A DNA stretch of 64,000 nt from Octopus vulgaris. Lineage: Eukaryota. Position 1 is the stretch's first letter. Every line of letters starts with the position of its first letter. Location of the stretch: positions 65,534,001 to 65,598,000 of the forward strand of contig OX597827.1 of NCBI GenBank assembly GCA_951406725.2, given 5' to 3'. Below are positions 1 through 12,797 of this stretch, piece after piece. The notes below the pieces were generated by a model, which was not told the DNA's origin, did not search any database, and saw nothing but the letters and a program-made list of their open reading frames with translations. The position numbers and the translations under genes were made by a program.

Positions 1-493
1 TAGAAACAGATAAACCGGTCATTTTGAGTTTTGATTGACTACTCCAACTCGATGGAAAAGAAACAAAAAATAAGACACAGAAGATCATACAAACAAGAAC
101 GTTTATTTAGTTAGACATATTTGACAATGAATAAAGACATAAAGAGAAATGTTTCGTAAATAATAAAAGAAAAATAGACATCTCTGACATTTAGCGCTAG
201 ACTAGGAAAAAAAAAAAGCTAAAGATTTTAGACGAGGTGCCTTTCTATAACACATTTTTTCATCAACGAAAAGCATGAAAATAAGAAAAAATCCCTTGCT
301 AGATGTTTAAACACATCTCCACATGACATACAACATTGAGAACAGTTGCTAACACTCACCGAAAATATATTAAAACATCTTTTTTGAAATAATATATTTA
401 CCAAAAACAAAAAAAAAAGCTTCAGAGAGTAGTAACGTTTAAAAGAGTCTGTTGTATAGTCGACTTCATTTTGTTTTCCATGTATACATTAAT

Positions 494-724
<231 letters not shown>

Positions 725-874
725 CATACTCACATACATACATACATAAATATGTACATACATATGTATGTGCGCGTGTATGTATAAATTTACATACATT
801 AGTGTATGTTGATACATATATTTACACACGTGTGAATGTATGAATTTATGTATATATAAATATGTATTCATATT

Positions 875-960
<86 letters not shown>

Positions 961-969
961 TATATATTA

Positions 970-1112
970 TTTAAAAACAGCAAAAATATCACAAAAACTG
1001 TTACTCAGAGATTTACGTTCTCGGCGTCGAACAGCTTTTTTAGAAAGAAAACTGTATGACGAATGGGAAACTCTAAGAAACAGTTTTTGTGATATTTTTG
1101 CTGTTGTTTAAA
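970..1112. repeat. Fold-back inverted repeat made of two inverted, degenerate hammerhead-like units (probably Penelope-derived)
   Basis: AACAGCAAAAATATCACAAAAACTGTT (976-1002) is the reverse complement of AACAGTTTTTGTGATATTTTTGCTGTT (1079-1105). The right arm reads AAAACTGT-ATGACGA-ATGG-GAAAC-TCTAA-GAA-ACAGTTTT. Confidence 0.75.
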
Positions 1113-1234
1113 GCATATTGCTCTACCTGTGGTATTCGAATGCTAGTTTCCACCTTGGTTCGCATATATGCTTATACTCTGGTATTTATATATTCATATA
1201 TATATATATATTTATTTACTCTCGTATATATATA

Positions 1235-1448
1235 TAAGAGGCTTTCTTCCAAGGAATCTAATGCGCTTGGCTTAGATTTTCCTTTGGGGCTGGCCAGATC
1301 GGAGCAATCTCAAGATTAATCAGCCGAAATTGCGAGGATGATCCGGTTCTTGACTGAAGATTGGAGGCTTCGAATGTCCCGTCCGTGTTTTTAGTATCGT
1401 CTCCTAAATGTTTTACGTTCTTGTCCCAGTTTGTATTTTTTTTACATT

Positions 1449-1450
<2 letters not shown>
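1235..1450 (+). mobile_element. Short repeat, probable Penelope-like pseudo-LTR remnant with a CTGAAGA motif
   Basis: CCGAAATTGC..GATGATC.GGTT..GACTGAAGATT.GAGGCTTCGA.TG.CCCGTC recurs in reverse at about 60150-60270; both copies lie close to (TA)n. Confidence 0.55.
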
Positions 1451-1482
<32 letters not shown>

Positions 1483-2559
1483 CATTCACATATATATTCA
1501 TATATATATATTTGATGCATGTATGTGTATGTGTGTGTGAGTGTGCATGTGTGTAAAGGAAGGAAATTATAAGCCCTATAGTCTATTAGTTAGACGTCCT
1601 AAAGTTATTTCTTCCGACTCTCTTTTCATAATTTTTATTTTCTTTTTCTTTCATAGACAAGTTCCTTTCTACATCCTTCAACTAAACTGAGAAGAACACA
1701 GTGTATTTCAAAAGTAACTGTTTAGCAAAAACGGGCGAAAATCCCATTCATTGGGTTGAATTTAAACTATTTCCTTTAAAAACAGTATAGAAATACTGAT
1801 AATATCCCATGTCCCACATAATGTAGTTTTGAAAGCTTGCAGTTTGAACACCGTTCATATATAGTTTAAACTATTGGCAATCCTATAGTATATCACCCAT
1901 CCATTTCCTCAAGATATCTGCGCGAAGAGACGCAAGTCTATCACAGTAATTCTGTTAGATAGTCTCTTCTGCATAATATGTGAGGGCCTAATGCTGTATT
2001 AAATTTATATTTATTTGATTGTGGCATGACATCTTTGAGCCAGACGTTACATAACTGATGACATGTTGATCTATGGTTTCAAAATTACGATTTGACGCTT
2101 TATCGCCGGTCTGAAATTTAGACGAATTTTTTTTATTTATACCACACGGATAACAGTTGAATGTGATATGGCTCCATGTGAATGATTTGTGTAAAGAGTC
2201 ATAAAACAGATTATTAATAATATGAAATAAATTCATATATTCACACTTACGACGCATTTTAAGGAATAAAAATGCTGTTTTGAGATTTTTGAAATAATAA
2301 TTCTAAGAAATATGTCTCTAAGTTGTTATGTTAAAACTATTGCGGAACATAAGGTTAATGTTAATGAATACAAAGTGAACATGAAAAGATAAACACAGCA
2401 ATATTTACGGCAGAAATAGATTCAAAGGCGTAAAAGTGCAGCGAACAAGAATGTCACAACGTGAGGCAGGAAGATATTTCTGTTTGTAAAGCGCGTAGAT
2501 ATACCCCGCCACTCAGAACACACATACACACGGACACAAAGATATACATTTATATATAA

Positions 2560-2962
2560 CTAGCAGCTAATCCCGGTTTCACCCGGTTTATTTGGTTGAT
2601 GTGGCTGTAATGGTTTTCGGTTAGGCATAATCTATGACAGCGTTTGTCAACTTTATCATTTCGGGTCCCCTGTCTTGATTGGGGCCTCCAGCTGTATGAA
2701 AATCTCCTCACCCCACCCCGTCAGAAAACAGCTTCTAAGCAGCTGATTATTTTAATGGCAGCAGAAAGAGGGAAATTCCATTAGAAAATGTCTAATCGAT
2801 TTTTTCGGTAAATATGGGGGTTAGGAAAATACAAACGCATTCGAATCTATGGACCTGTCTCCACATGTGCCATTTTTCATGCGAATCCACCCAGCCGTTT
2901 GGCTGTGAACCTCAAGACAAGAAAGAATACAACGATCGCCGATGTCCAATTTATATTATAGA
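2560..2962 (-). mobile_element. Non-autonomous Helitron-type element
   Basis: The minus strand begins A|TCTATAATATAAA and ends CCGGGTGAAACCGG (hairpin)-GATTAGCTG-CTAG|T: 5'-TC, 3'-CTAG, subterminal hairpin, A|T insertion site, no TSD. Confidence 0.8.
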
Positions 2963-3039
2963 TAAATCATAGTGATGGTAAATGGAGCATATGACGAAGT
3001 TCCTTGCTCACTACGATCGTTTCGACCCATCTTGTATCG

Positions 3040-3200
3040 ATCCCTCACGGATGGGATATTATGCAAGCGGTTGCAGTGCATCACTCAGTACACAGGCATC
3101 TTCTCTATCATTTGTTATATAATAAACCTACACTAAGGAATTCCCGAGGTAGACCTAGTGACGATTCTATGAATACCATGGACGACGTCAGGTAGACATA
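3040..3200 (+). mobile_element. Very old RTE-like LINE C-terminal remnant
   Basis: Translation RHLLYHLLYNKPTLRNSRGRPSDDSMNTMDD resembles the G-x-R-x-x-GRP C-terminal motif of RTE ORFs; weak similarity. Confidence 0.35.
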
Positions 3201-3583
3201 GGAAGTAAATGTACTCATTGGCTTACTATCAGGAACGTACGTACCACTTGAATATATTTACTTATATATGTGTTTGTGTGTGTGTGTGAGTGTGTATGTG
3301 TGTGTGTCTGTGTTTGTGTGTGTGTTCGTGTGAGGGAGAGAGCGTATGTGTGTGTACGTATGTATAAATGTATACATGATGTACAAAGGAATTGATAAAC
3401 ACATGCATATATATATATATATGCATACATATAAATATATACGTGTGAGTGTGTATGCGTGTGCGCGCGTGTGTATATGTATATGGGCGTATATACACAA
3501 TCACGCAGTCACACATAGAAGACATACGTGCAGAATATCTATGTATAGTAGTAAACAAAATTAAATAATTTGGGTAATATACA

Positions 3584-3623
<40 letters not shown>

Positions 3624-4120
3624 GAGAGAGTAGGGGAAGATAAAGAGAAAGAGAAAAAATAAAATCTGTAAATATATATATATATACATACACGTATTCT
3701 ACGAATTACCCAACTCATACATTTATAAGGACACAGATCACAGCTTAGGGCACGATGTATAGATACGTCGCATACAAAAATCTATACACGCACATGTCAC
3801 ACAGGTATTTTGAAGGCAAAAAAGAGAGGAAAATATGATATATATATATTCTCTTAACAGTTCATGTTTAAAATCTTATTCTTTAATTTTGTCCACTTTC
3901 GAAACGTAGTGAAAGAATAAGTATGCAAACATCATTGCTTCCACACATAAGAATTAGGAATATATGTGTCTGTATATATGTTTATAAGCATAACCCAGGC
4001 GTATAATCATAAGAACTCGTACACACATTGACATATAGACACAGAGTATATAAACAACCAAGATCATAAATGTAATTATAGATATAAATATAGATATAGT
4101 CTTTTCTAAAAATATATATG

Positions 4121-4168
<48 letters not shown>

Positions 4169-4202
4169 CATGCATTCATACGGGTATCTATATATGCACA
4201 TA

Positions 4203-4269
<67 letters not shown>

Positions 4270-4308
4270 GCATATATGCATACGTATATGTACATAGTTA
4301 CATCTATA

Positions 4309-4356
<48 letters not shown>

Positions 4357-4922
4357 TGAATGTGTGTGTGTGTGCGTGTTTGTGTGAGTATAAGTTATAA
4401 GTTTGTGTATTATTCTGAACAGCAAATAATATCGTCGTGTTACATTTTTGGTTAAGTTGTGATTTTTGTATAGAGTATCGGTGTAATTGATGTGTTTTTC
4501 ATTGACTTTGGAAATCTTCTAAGTCACGTATCCTAACAAATTTTCAGTGAGTGACTGTTTTGCTTATTGTCAAATACACTTGCTGTCTTAACTAATCATA
4601 TCACAATTGATAAATATCTTTCTTTTGTTTGCCAATATAAAAACGATATATAAATGACAAAAATTGCTAAAATGTTATTAAAGAAAATAATGAGGAAGAA
4701 GAAATTTTATAAACATACACACCCACACACAAACACATCAGTTTCTATATGTGTGTATGAGCGTGTGTTTGTGTGTGCGTGCGTCTGTGTGTGTGCGGGA
4801 CTGTATGTCTGTATAAAAAATAAATTAGAGCCATGAGGAAAAAACCAAATCGAAATACCAAATAAACGACCAATCTTCCCCAAATTTCAAAAAATATCTG
4901 TCGGTAATGATATGAGCGTGTG

Positions 4923-4964
<42 letters not shown>

Positions 4965-5026
4965 AAAATCCATAAAATTATATATGTATATACATATACA
5001 TATATATATATATGTATGCATATATA

Positions 5027-5057
<31 letters not shown>

Positions 5058-5499
5058 TTATGGATTTCTATATATATATGTAATATAAACTCACACAAAC
5101 CAGAAAATATTCTTATATATACATGTGAATATATACATATTTATAAATATTTATAAATATAAACACATATAACGCACCTATATGTGTGTGTACATCTTTT
5201 TGTGCGTGTATACACAATTATATTTGAATGTGTATGTTTGTGTATATATATGGATATATGTATTTATATGTATATATTCATATCTTAGCTGCTAACGTAT
5301 CCTTACATATATTTGTTTGTGTTTATGATTTTATACACATTGTCATAATTTTTTTTTCTTTAGATATTTTTGTTTATTGATTAAAGCAAAGTTCAAAGGA
5401 AAAGAAATGAAAGTATATCTTACGATTAACTTATATGATTGGCACACTAATCTTCATTGTCTGAGAATCTGTGTGTGCTCGTCTGAGTTCGCGCGTTTG

Positions 5500-5557
<58 letters not shown>

Positions 5558-5887
5558 CATATATATATATAAGTATATATGTGTATATATATAGATATGT
5601 AGATGTATATGTATATAGGTATATATATATATATATATTTATGTTTGTGTGTTCAGTTATCTATGTCATTATATATATATGCATACACCTTGTTATACAA
5701 ACATTCATATATGTATATATATATACACACACACAAACACGCAAACACACAAATATATATAAACATATAGAGAGAGGCAGACAGAGAGAATGAGAGTCAA
5801 TTATATGTACACATTGTATAAACATACAAATATATTTATATATCTATAACTTTATCTATCTTTCTGTCTCTGTTTGTCTGCCTCTCC

Positions 5888-5976
<89 letters not shown>

Positions 5977-6007
5977 TATATATATATTTATATTATATAT
6001 ATATGTG

Positions 6008-6057
<50 letters not shown>

Positions 6058-6740
6058 TATATATTTATATTATATATATGTGTATGTATATATATATAAA
6101 TATATATATATGTACGCACACATACATATGAGCTAGAGCGACGCATGTATAAGTATATGTGTATGTGTGTCAGGTTGTGTATGTTTGTGACGGTCGTGTT
6201 CATAATGTATCTCAAAAGTTCGTTGGATTTGTTTCAATGACAAAGCATCTAATAACATTTTTTTAACTGATTTCTCTTTAGCCTTCCTTGCGTTCAAATC
6301 CTGTCATATTAGCTCGCAACTAATCTTTAGATTTGGAAATTAATCTCGTTGCGCGCGCAGGTTTAGCTTTGTGGTAAGGCATCTCACTTTCGAACCGAAT
6401 AGCTTAGCGTTCCATCCCACTGCGAGGCACATTTTGGGATATTTTTTCTTCTCTCGTCTCGAAACGACCTAAGTGTTTTTAACGGATGTAAGTTATGGAA
6501 ACATATATATTCAGTAAGCTGCTGGAAGTGAGCCGTTGATTGAGATCGTTGAGTCTCGTGTAATAGCAATCGTATTGCGTCGTGTAAATGTTTCCTTTCC
6601 CCTGCTTCGTTATATATATATATATATATGTGTGTGTATGTGTATATATCACGTAAGGTTAGATATGGGAGAGATGTCCTTGCAAGTTTTATACGGACAC
6701 AAACTGTAGATATGTATGTATATGTAAATATATGCATATA

Positions 6741-6865
6741 TCACCGTGATCACCGTGACCGACCAGGCTATCAGATGTTGCAACACATCGCTGGTCACAA
6801 TGCGCTTCGCATTGTTTTTTAACCTTCAAATGACGCCACCCCGCTGGCTAAGCGAGGAGGCCAAT
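6741..6865 (-). mobile_element. SINE C, 3' fragment (tail type 2)
   Basis: TCACCGTGATCACCGTGACCGACCAGGCTATCAGATGTTGC matches the tails of the copies at 29085-30201; flanked by TA-rich repeats. Confidence 0.85.
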
Positions 6866-6890
6866 TTGCATATATATACATATATATGCG

Positions 6891-6922
<32 letters not shown>

Positions 6923-7312
6923 TATGTATGAATATATCTGTATATTTGTATTTATATGTGTGTCTGTGTGTGTGTCTATCTGTGTCGGTGTTTGTCTGTG
7001 TGTGTGTGTGTGTATGTGTGCATCTATATTTGATTGTGTTTGACTGTGCTTGTGTTTTTTCCCTAAGAATTTGAATGTTGGTGTTGGTTTATTTAAGTCT
7101 CCTTAATATGGTGTTTGGTTAAATGTTCCTGTACATTTGGAGCGATTGTTTGACTAAACCTTTAAAGGCGTTGCCCCATCAGGACTGTATTACAATGACT
7201 GAAACAAGTGAAATACATAAACACCAAACAGATGATATAAGCATTTCTCCTGGAGTCGGTTGACTGATAGCCAGAATGATAAGTCTGATAAAACTAATGG
7301 TTACTATTTGTT

Positions 7313-7730
7313 AAGGCGGCTCAGCTGGCAGAAACGTTAGCACGCCGGGCGAAATGCGTAGCCGTATTTCGTCTGGTATTACGTTCTGAGTTCAAATTCC
7401 GCCGAGGTCGACTTTACCTTTCATCCTTTCGGGGTCGATAAATTAATTACAAGTTACGCACTGGGGTCAATGTAATCGACTTAATTCGTTTGTCCGTCCT
7501 TGTTTGTCCTCTCTGTGTACAGCCTGTTGTGGGTAGTAATGAAATAGGTATTTCGTCTGCCGCTACTTTCTGAGTTCAAATCCCGCCGAGATCGACTTTG
7601 CCTTTCATTCTCTCGGGGTCGATAAATTAAGTACCGGTTACGCACTGGGGTCGATATAACCGACTTAATCCGTTTGTCTGTCCTTGTTTGTCCCCTCTAT
7701 GTTTAGCCCATTGTGGGTAGTAAACAAATA
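7313..7730 (+). mobile_element. SINE A, head plus two body units (dimer), 10-bp TSD
   Basis: GGCGGC..CTGGCAGAAACGTTAG head, B-box GTTCAAAT(T/C)CC in each unit, core CCTTTCATCCTTTCGGGGTCGATAAATTAA; ACTATTTGTT at 7303-7312 and 7731-7740. Confidence 0.92.
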
Positions 7731-8074
7731 ACTATTTGTTTTCTGTCATTATGTGCTCATTTCAAATTAGGATTTGTGTGAATTTTTCTTTTGATCCTCA
7801 CCAGTTTTAGGAAATAATTATTGATAACGTTCAAATTGACCCTCTCACCTACTTACATTTGTGGCCTATGTCTCTGTTAGAACTCGATATAATCCGTATT
7901 CTAACCAAACTTAGTAAGTAACTAAAAGTATGCTAACAAATGCATACCTTGTTCTGCGCTTTTTTTTTATTAATCACCCATCATATTATAAGACTTATTC
8001 CACAATATGTGCGTTAAGTTCATTCCTTTTGAGTAAAATGTCCAAACAAGGTCAGTACTGTAGTCAATTCTTCT

Positions 8075-8360
8075 CCTTCTTCTTGATTTCTCCCTCCTCC
8101 TCCTTCTCCCCTTCTCACTCCACCTCCTCATCATCATCGTCATCGTCAACCTTGTCATTTTTATTCTCATCGTCGTTATCATCATCATCGCCATCATCGT
8201 CATCGTCATCACTCCCCTCTTCATCATCATCACCATCATCATCATCGTCATCATCACCATCCTCCTCCTCCTCCTCCTCATCATCATCCTCATTATCATC
8301 ACCATCATCATCATCATCGTCAAAGATATCGTCGCCTTCTTCTTCCTGTTCTTCATTTTC
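8075..8360. repeat. (TCA/TCC/TCG)n low-complexity tract
   Basis: Direct read; explains the poly-Ser and poly-Met ORFs. Confidence 0.95.
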
Positions 8361-8469
8361 TCCCTGTTCTTCAACAGTTATTTTTGTTTTCCTTTTACAT
8401 TGTCTAGTTACATTTCTTTTTTCTCTTAATGTTCCTGCAATTTTTTTTTTCGTTGGTATTTTTAAATTT

Positions 8470-8502
<33 letters not shown>

Positions 8503-9083
8503 ATCTACTTCAAGTTTATTATTTTTGTTTTGCTTTTTTTTTTATATTCCTACTTTTCCCCTACTTTCTTACATTATCTACACTGCTTAACCCTACTCCA
8601 AAAGTCGTAACTAAAAACAACAGCTGCCTCTGAGCTAAGAATCACGGTATCAACGAACAATAAACATTTATATCAGTATACTTACATACACACAAAGTAT
8701 AGATATATTTATATCCATACCAACACAGACACACATACACACACACACTTATATAATATATTTATACAATAGGATATTGTATTTCGTAATTTACCAATAT
8801 TATTGATTATTATCATTAGTTTAACTATATTGTATTTCCCATTGTGTTAAAATATCTTTCATATCTGTTTTCTATACCTCTGAGGAAATTGTATCTTGTT
8901 TGTCTGGATAATAAAACCAGTGTCGATATAATTACGATCCCCGTTTAATAGTTCCGAAAACTCCCCATTCAATTTAGAAATACCGTACTTACAGATGTAT
9001 ATATGTTATATATATATCAATCAAACCTCATATTTGTTTACAGACGATGTAAGGACAAAAACATCTATAAAATAAAAATTGGT

Positions 9084-9480
9084 CTTTTCTTGTTTCAGTC
9101 ATTTGACTGTGGCCATGCTGGAGCACCGCCGTTAGTCGAGCAAATCGACCCCGGAACTTATTCTTCGTAAGCCTAGTACTTATTCTATCGGTCTCTTTTG
9201 CCGAACCGCTAAGTTACGGGGACGTAAACACATCAGCATCGGTTTTCAAGCGATGTTGGAGGGACAGACACAGACACACAAACATATACACACACATACA
9301 TATGTATACATATATACGACGGGCTACTTTGAGCTTGCGACTACCAAATCCACTCACAAGGCTTTGGTCGGCCCGAGGCTATAATAGAAGACACCTGCCC
9401 AAGATACCACGCAGTGGGACTGAACACGGAAATTGTGGTTGGTAAGCAAGCTACTTACCACACCGCTACTCCTACGCCTA
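9084..9480 (-). mobile_element. SINE B (tRNA-derived head, internal CA/TA microsatellite)
   Basis: Minus-strand head GGCGTAGGAGTAGCGGTGTGGTAAG with B-box-like GTTCAGTCCC and CORE-like CTTGGGCAGG; same element at 28366, 33624 and 43830. Confidence 0.92.
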
Positions 9481-10057
9481 ATTGTTAACTTCATGTATAA
9501 AACTTGTCTGTGGCATTTGTTATTGTAGTAATATACAGAAAGTGTTACTTATATAGAAGTAAATGCGGCTTATAGTTTACCGAATCTAATTTCTCAGCCT
9601 TCACTCGTAGAAGCAATAAGTCGAACTCTGACATACTTGTTGTTGATGTAATTTAGCCCTTAGTCAAAGACAAGGCAAGGTGGTTATGTGATGGAAGTTA
9701 TTATGAAATTTGAAATATATTTGACTGCTATATTTAGCAGCGTGAAGGACCGTGTTCAGATGATAGGTACACAATACCAAAATCTATAGATATATCTATA
9801 AATGTTCTAAAATCTACTCAGCCTAAGTTTTTTTTATCTCGTTACGTGTATTTATACACAAGCTGACATATGATTAACGTTAAACCCCTTATTCGCAAAA
9901 TCACTGAACTTGGAACTTGGAACTATCTATAGCACTTATTCATCACTACCTGACACCTTTGGGTCTCAATGACACCATTACCTCTCATAACCTATATATA
10001 TAGATATATAAGACAAAGGGAGGACTAAAGAACAGTTAAAGCCGAACTCCGACGTGT

Positions 10058-10121
<64 letters not shown>

Positions 10122-10147
10122 GGTTTGGAGATGATGTACAGGTATTT

Positions 10148-10355
10148 TATATTAGAAGAAATGAAGTACTCAGAAATTCGGATGGTTTTATATTTACAGA
10201 TATTTATTTGTATATTACATGTTTTTATACATCATATATCTTATATCAGCGCTTTCGTCCATTCTATAAAAACATGTAGTATACAAATATGTAATATACC
10301 CATATTTAAATATATAACCTTCCGAATCTCTGAGTACCTCATTTCTTCTAATATA
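10148..10355. repeat. Long fold-back inverted repeat (arms about 80-90 bp, loop about 36 nt)
   Basis: TATATTAGAAGAAATGAAGTACTCAGAAATTCGGATGGTT pairs with AACCTTCCGAATCTCTGAGTACCTCATTTCTTCTAATATA; inner TACATGTTTTTATA pairs with TATAAAAACATGTA. Confidence 0.9.
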
Positions 10356-10356
10356 T

Positions 10357-11471
10357 TGTTGTGTTCGGCTGGTACAGTATTTCTTGACCTACTTTGTTGA
10401 GAGTGGAGACGGAAAGTCTGGAATAAAAAGTTACAGCCCTTTGTTTACTGGAAGAGTAATGGCTTTTGGAGGGACCTTTGGCCTTTTGCCGGTCAAGAAG
10501 GGGCCGAGGAAGATAGAGTAAGGAAGAATCTGGTGGCAGTGAAGAAGAAAGTAGTGAGAAAGACAGAGTAAGGGATCTGAGAGCTGTCATGAGAGAGTGA
10601 CAGCAGCAGCGTCGATGAAGATAGGCAGATTAAGGAATCTGAGAGCAGATAGAGAGGATATTAGCAGTGCAGAGACAGATTGAGGGTAGTGATAGAGCAA
10701 CAGTCGGATTTTGGTCGTCAAAGCGAGCGGTTGGACTTAAGAGCAAGGATTTGGGAATTCGGGGCAAGAGCTTGGCAAATTGGAGTTAGCAGTACTGAGA
10801 GAGATGAGGTGCAATATGGGACACTGGCTATTCTAGTTGGAACTAACGGTACGTGAATTGTGTATTGATATGTGAAGAAAAAGAAGGAAAAAGAATCAAT
10901 GTATTGAACAGTGAAAGGAAATGAGACAGTAAAAAGGAATTTGATGAACAATGTGAAATGTGTAAGGACATTGTGTACGGTGTTGTGATTTGAACATTGT
11001 ATAATGAACATTGAACTGTTAGGCCTTTAATGTCCTTCGAACTGTATATGCCTTTAATGTGTTTTGAAATAGAACTGTGTCTTCGGACGTGTACTCTTGA
11101 AATGCTGATGTATTGAACTTGATGTGTTGCTACCGGACGGTTATATTGTATCTGCATGTTTAAATGCATTGATCTGTAGTATACCTGTATGATGTGTTGA
11201 TTCTGTTACTTGCTTGTATTTACCTGATGTATCTTTAAATGTAATTGATGTTGTAACAATTGATTGTCATATAAACTAGTTGTTAAATGTAAGCCAGTTG
11301 TGCCTTGCCTCTTTGTGTCTCTCTCGATTGCCTCTGTGCTGCTGCTGTTGTTGTTGTATCTATCTCTCCTCTCCGACGAGTTTCCGTGGCGAGAAAATTC
11401 GCTGCATCGAACAGGCCTGTGTGTGAGGGATTCCGTAACAGTTCGAATCGGAGGTCCCTCCCCTCGTAACA
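10357..11471. mobile_element. Probable solo LTR (about 1.1 kb; BEL/Pao- or Gypsy-like)
   Basis: Termini TGTTGTG...CGTAACA, flanked by ATATAT on both sides (10351-10356, 11472-11477); non-coding, composition distinct from the flanks. Confidence 0.6.
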
Positions 11472-11624
11472 ATATATATATATTTTTTTTTTATCATTAA
11501 CTAAAATCTTAGGGTAGCAAGAATATTCATCGAAAAATTCTTAGTTACCAGTGGTTTAGCGAGAAAGAAACAAATTAGTCAATAGACTATATATTATTCA
11601 AAGAAGAATACAGTGTACGTTCAA

Positions 11625-11803
11625 ACACAAAAGAGATACCCGGAGAATAGGGTATCTGACTCGCTAGAATATTTTCCAATAGGATATCTGACTCGCTAGA
11701 TATTTTGCAATCACTTTCGGAATTACAACAATTGGTGGCTTGGAGTTTTAACTGCTCTTTCTAGCGAGTCAGTTATCATATTCTTCGGGTATCGCTTTTG
11801 TGT
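11625..11803. mobile_element. MITE-like element with about 45-bp terminal inverted repeats
   Basis: ACACAAAAGAGATACCCGGAGAATAGGGTATCTGACTCGCTAGAA versus the reverse complement of TTCTAGCGAGTCAGTTATCATATTCTTCGGGTATCGCTTTTGTGT. Confidence 0.65.
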
Positions 11804-12641
11804 ATATATATATGTATATGTGTGTTTGTGTGTGTGTTTATGTGTGTGTGTGTGTGTGTGGTGTATATGTTTGTATTTCAATAAATAGATTTTATTATCG
11901 CGTTTTATTGCATATTATTTACCCTATTTGACTTAGCTCTACTGATATGTTGCTGCCGGCCTTTTAGTTTTCCTTTTCATTTTATCGACCTTTTGTATTA
12001 ATAGATTTGCTTGGCACATACTCAAGTTATAATCCTGATATATATATCTGTGTGTGCGTATATATATGTCTACATTCGTGTGTGTAAAAAAAAAACATTG
12101 ATGTATATATAATGCTAGCATAAATATATAGGTGGTCGTATCCAATGTCTAAAGTAAATATTTGATAAACTGAAAGTGTGTCCTGAAGCACGATCTCAAG
12201 TTAATTCGCTTGGATTTGATTTAATATTGTTTTACGAATTCATTTAATTCCATCTTATTTTTCTGAATTTTTCAAAAGGGGGCAGGTAACAGTACTACTG
12301 ACCTCTGAAATTGCTCCGAGTCTATTCACATCGATACCGCTGATACCAACATCGTTTTATTTTTTGTACACTTTTTCGAATTTTATATTTGAATTTATAT
12401 TGTCTAAACTTATATAAAAAAAATATAGCATTTAATTTAATTTTGTATTTATCTATTTCACTGTATATCTATCTCTTAGTATATCCATTTATATATCATA
12501 TTTGCTATAAAGAGCGATGTATGTATTTGTATTTGTTTTGTTATTCCCCGTTGTGTCTAAAAATTTATTTAATTAATTTAATATAGATATAATTTATTGA
12601 GATCTTACATACGTACATTCATGCACACACATGTATGAAAT

Positions 12642-12683
<42 letters not shown>

Positions 12684-12756
12684 CATGTATATACATATAT
12701 ATATATATATGCATATAGATATATATTTATACATACATACATATATATATATATTT

Positions 12757-12797
<41 letters not shown>

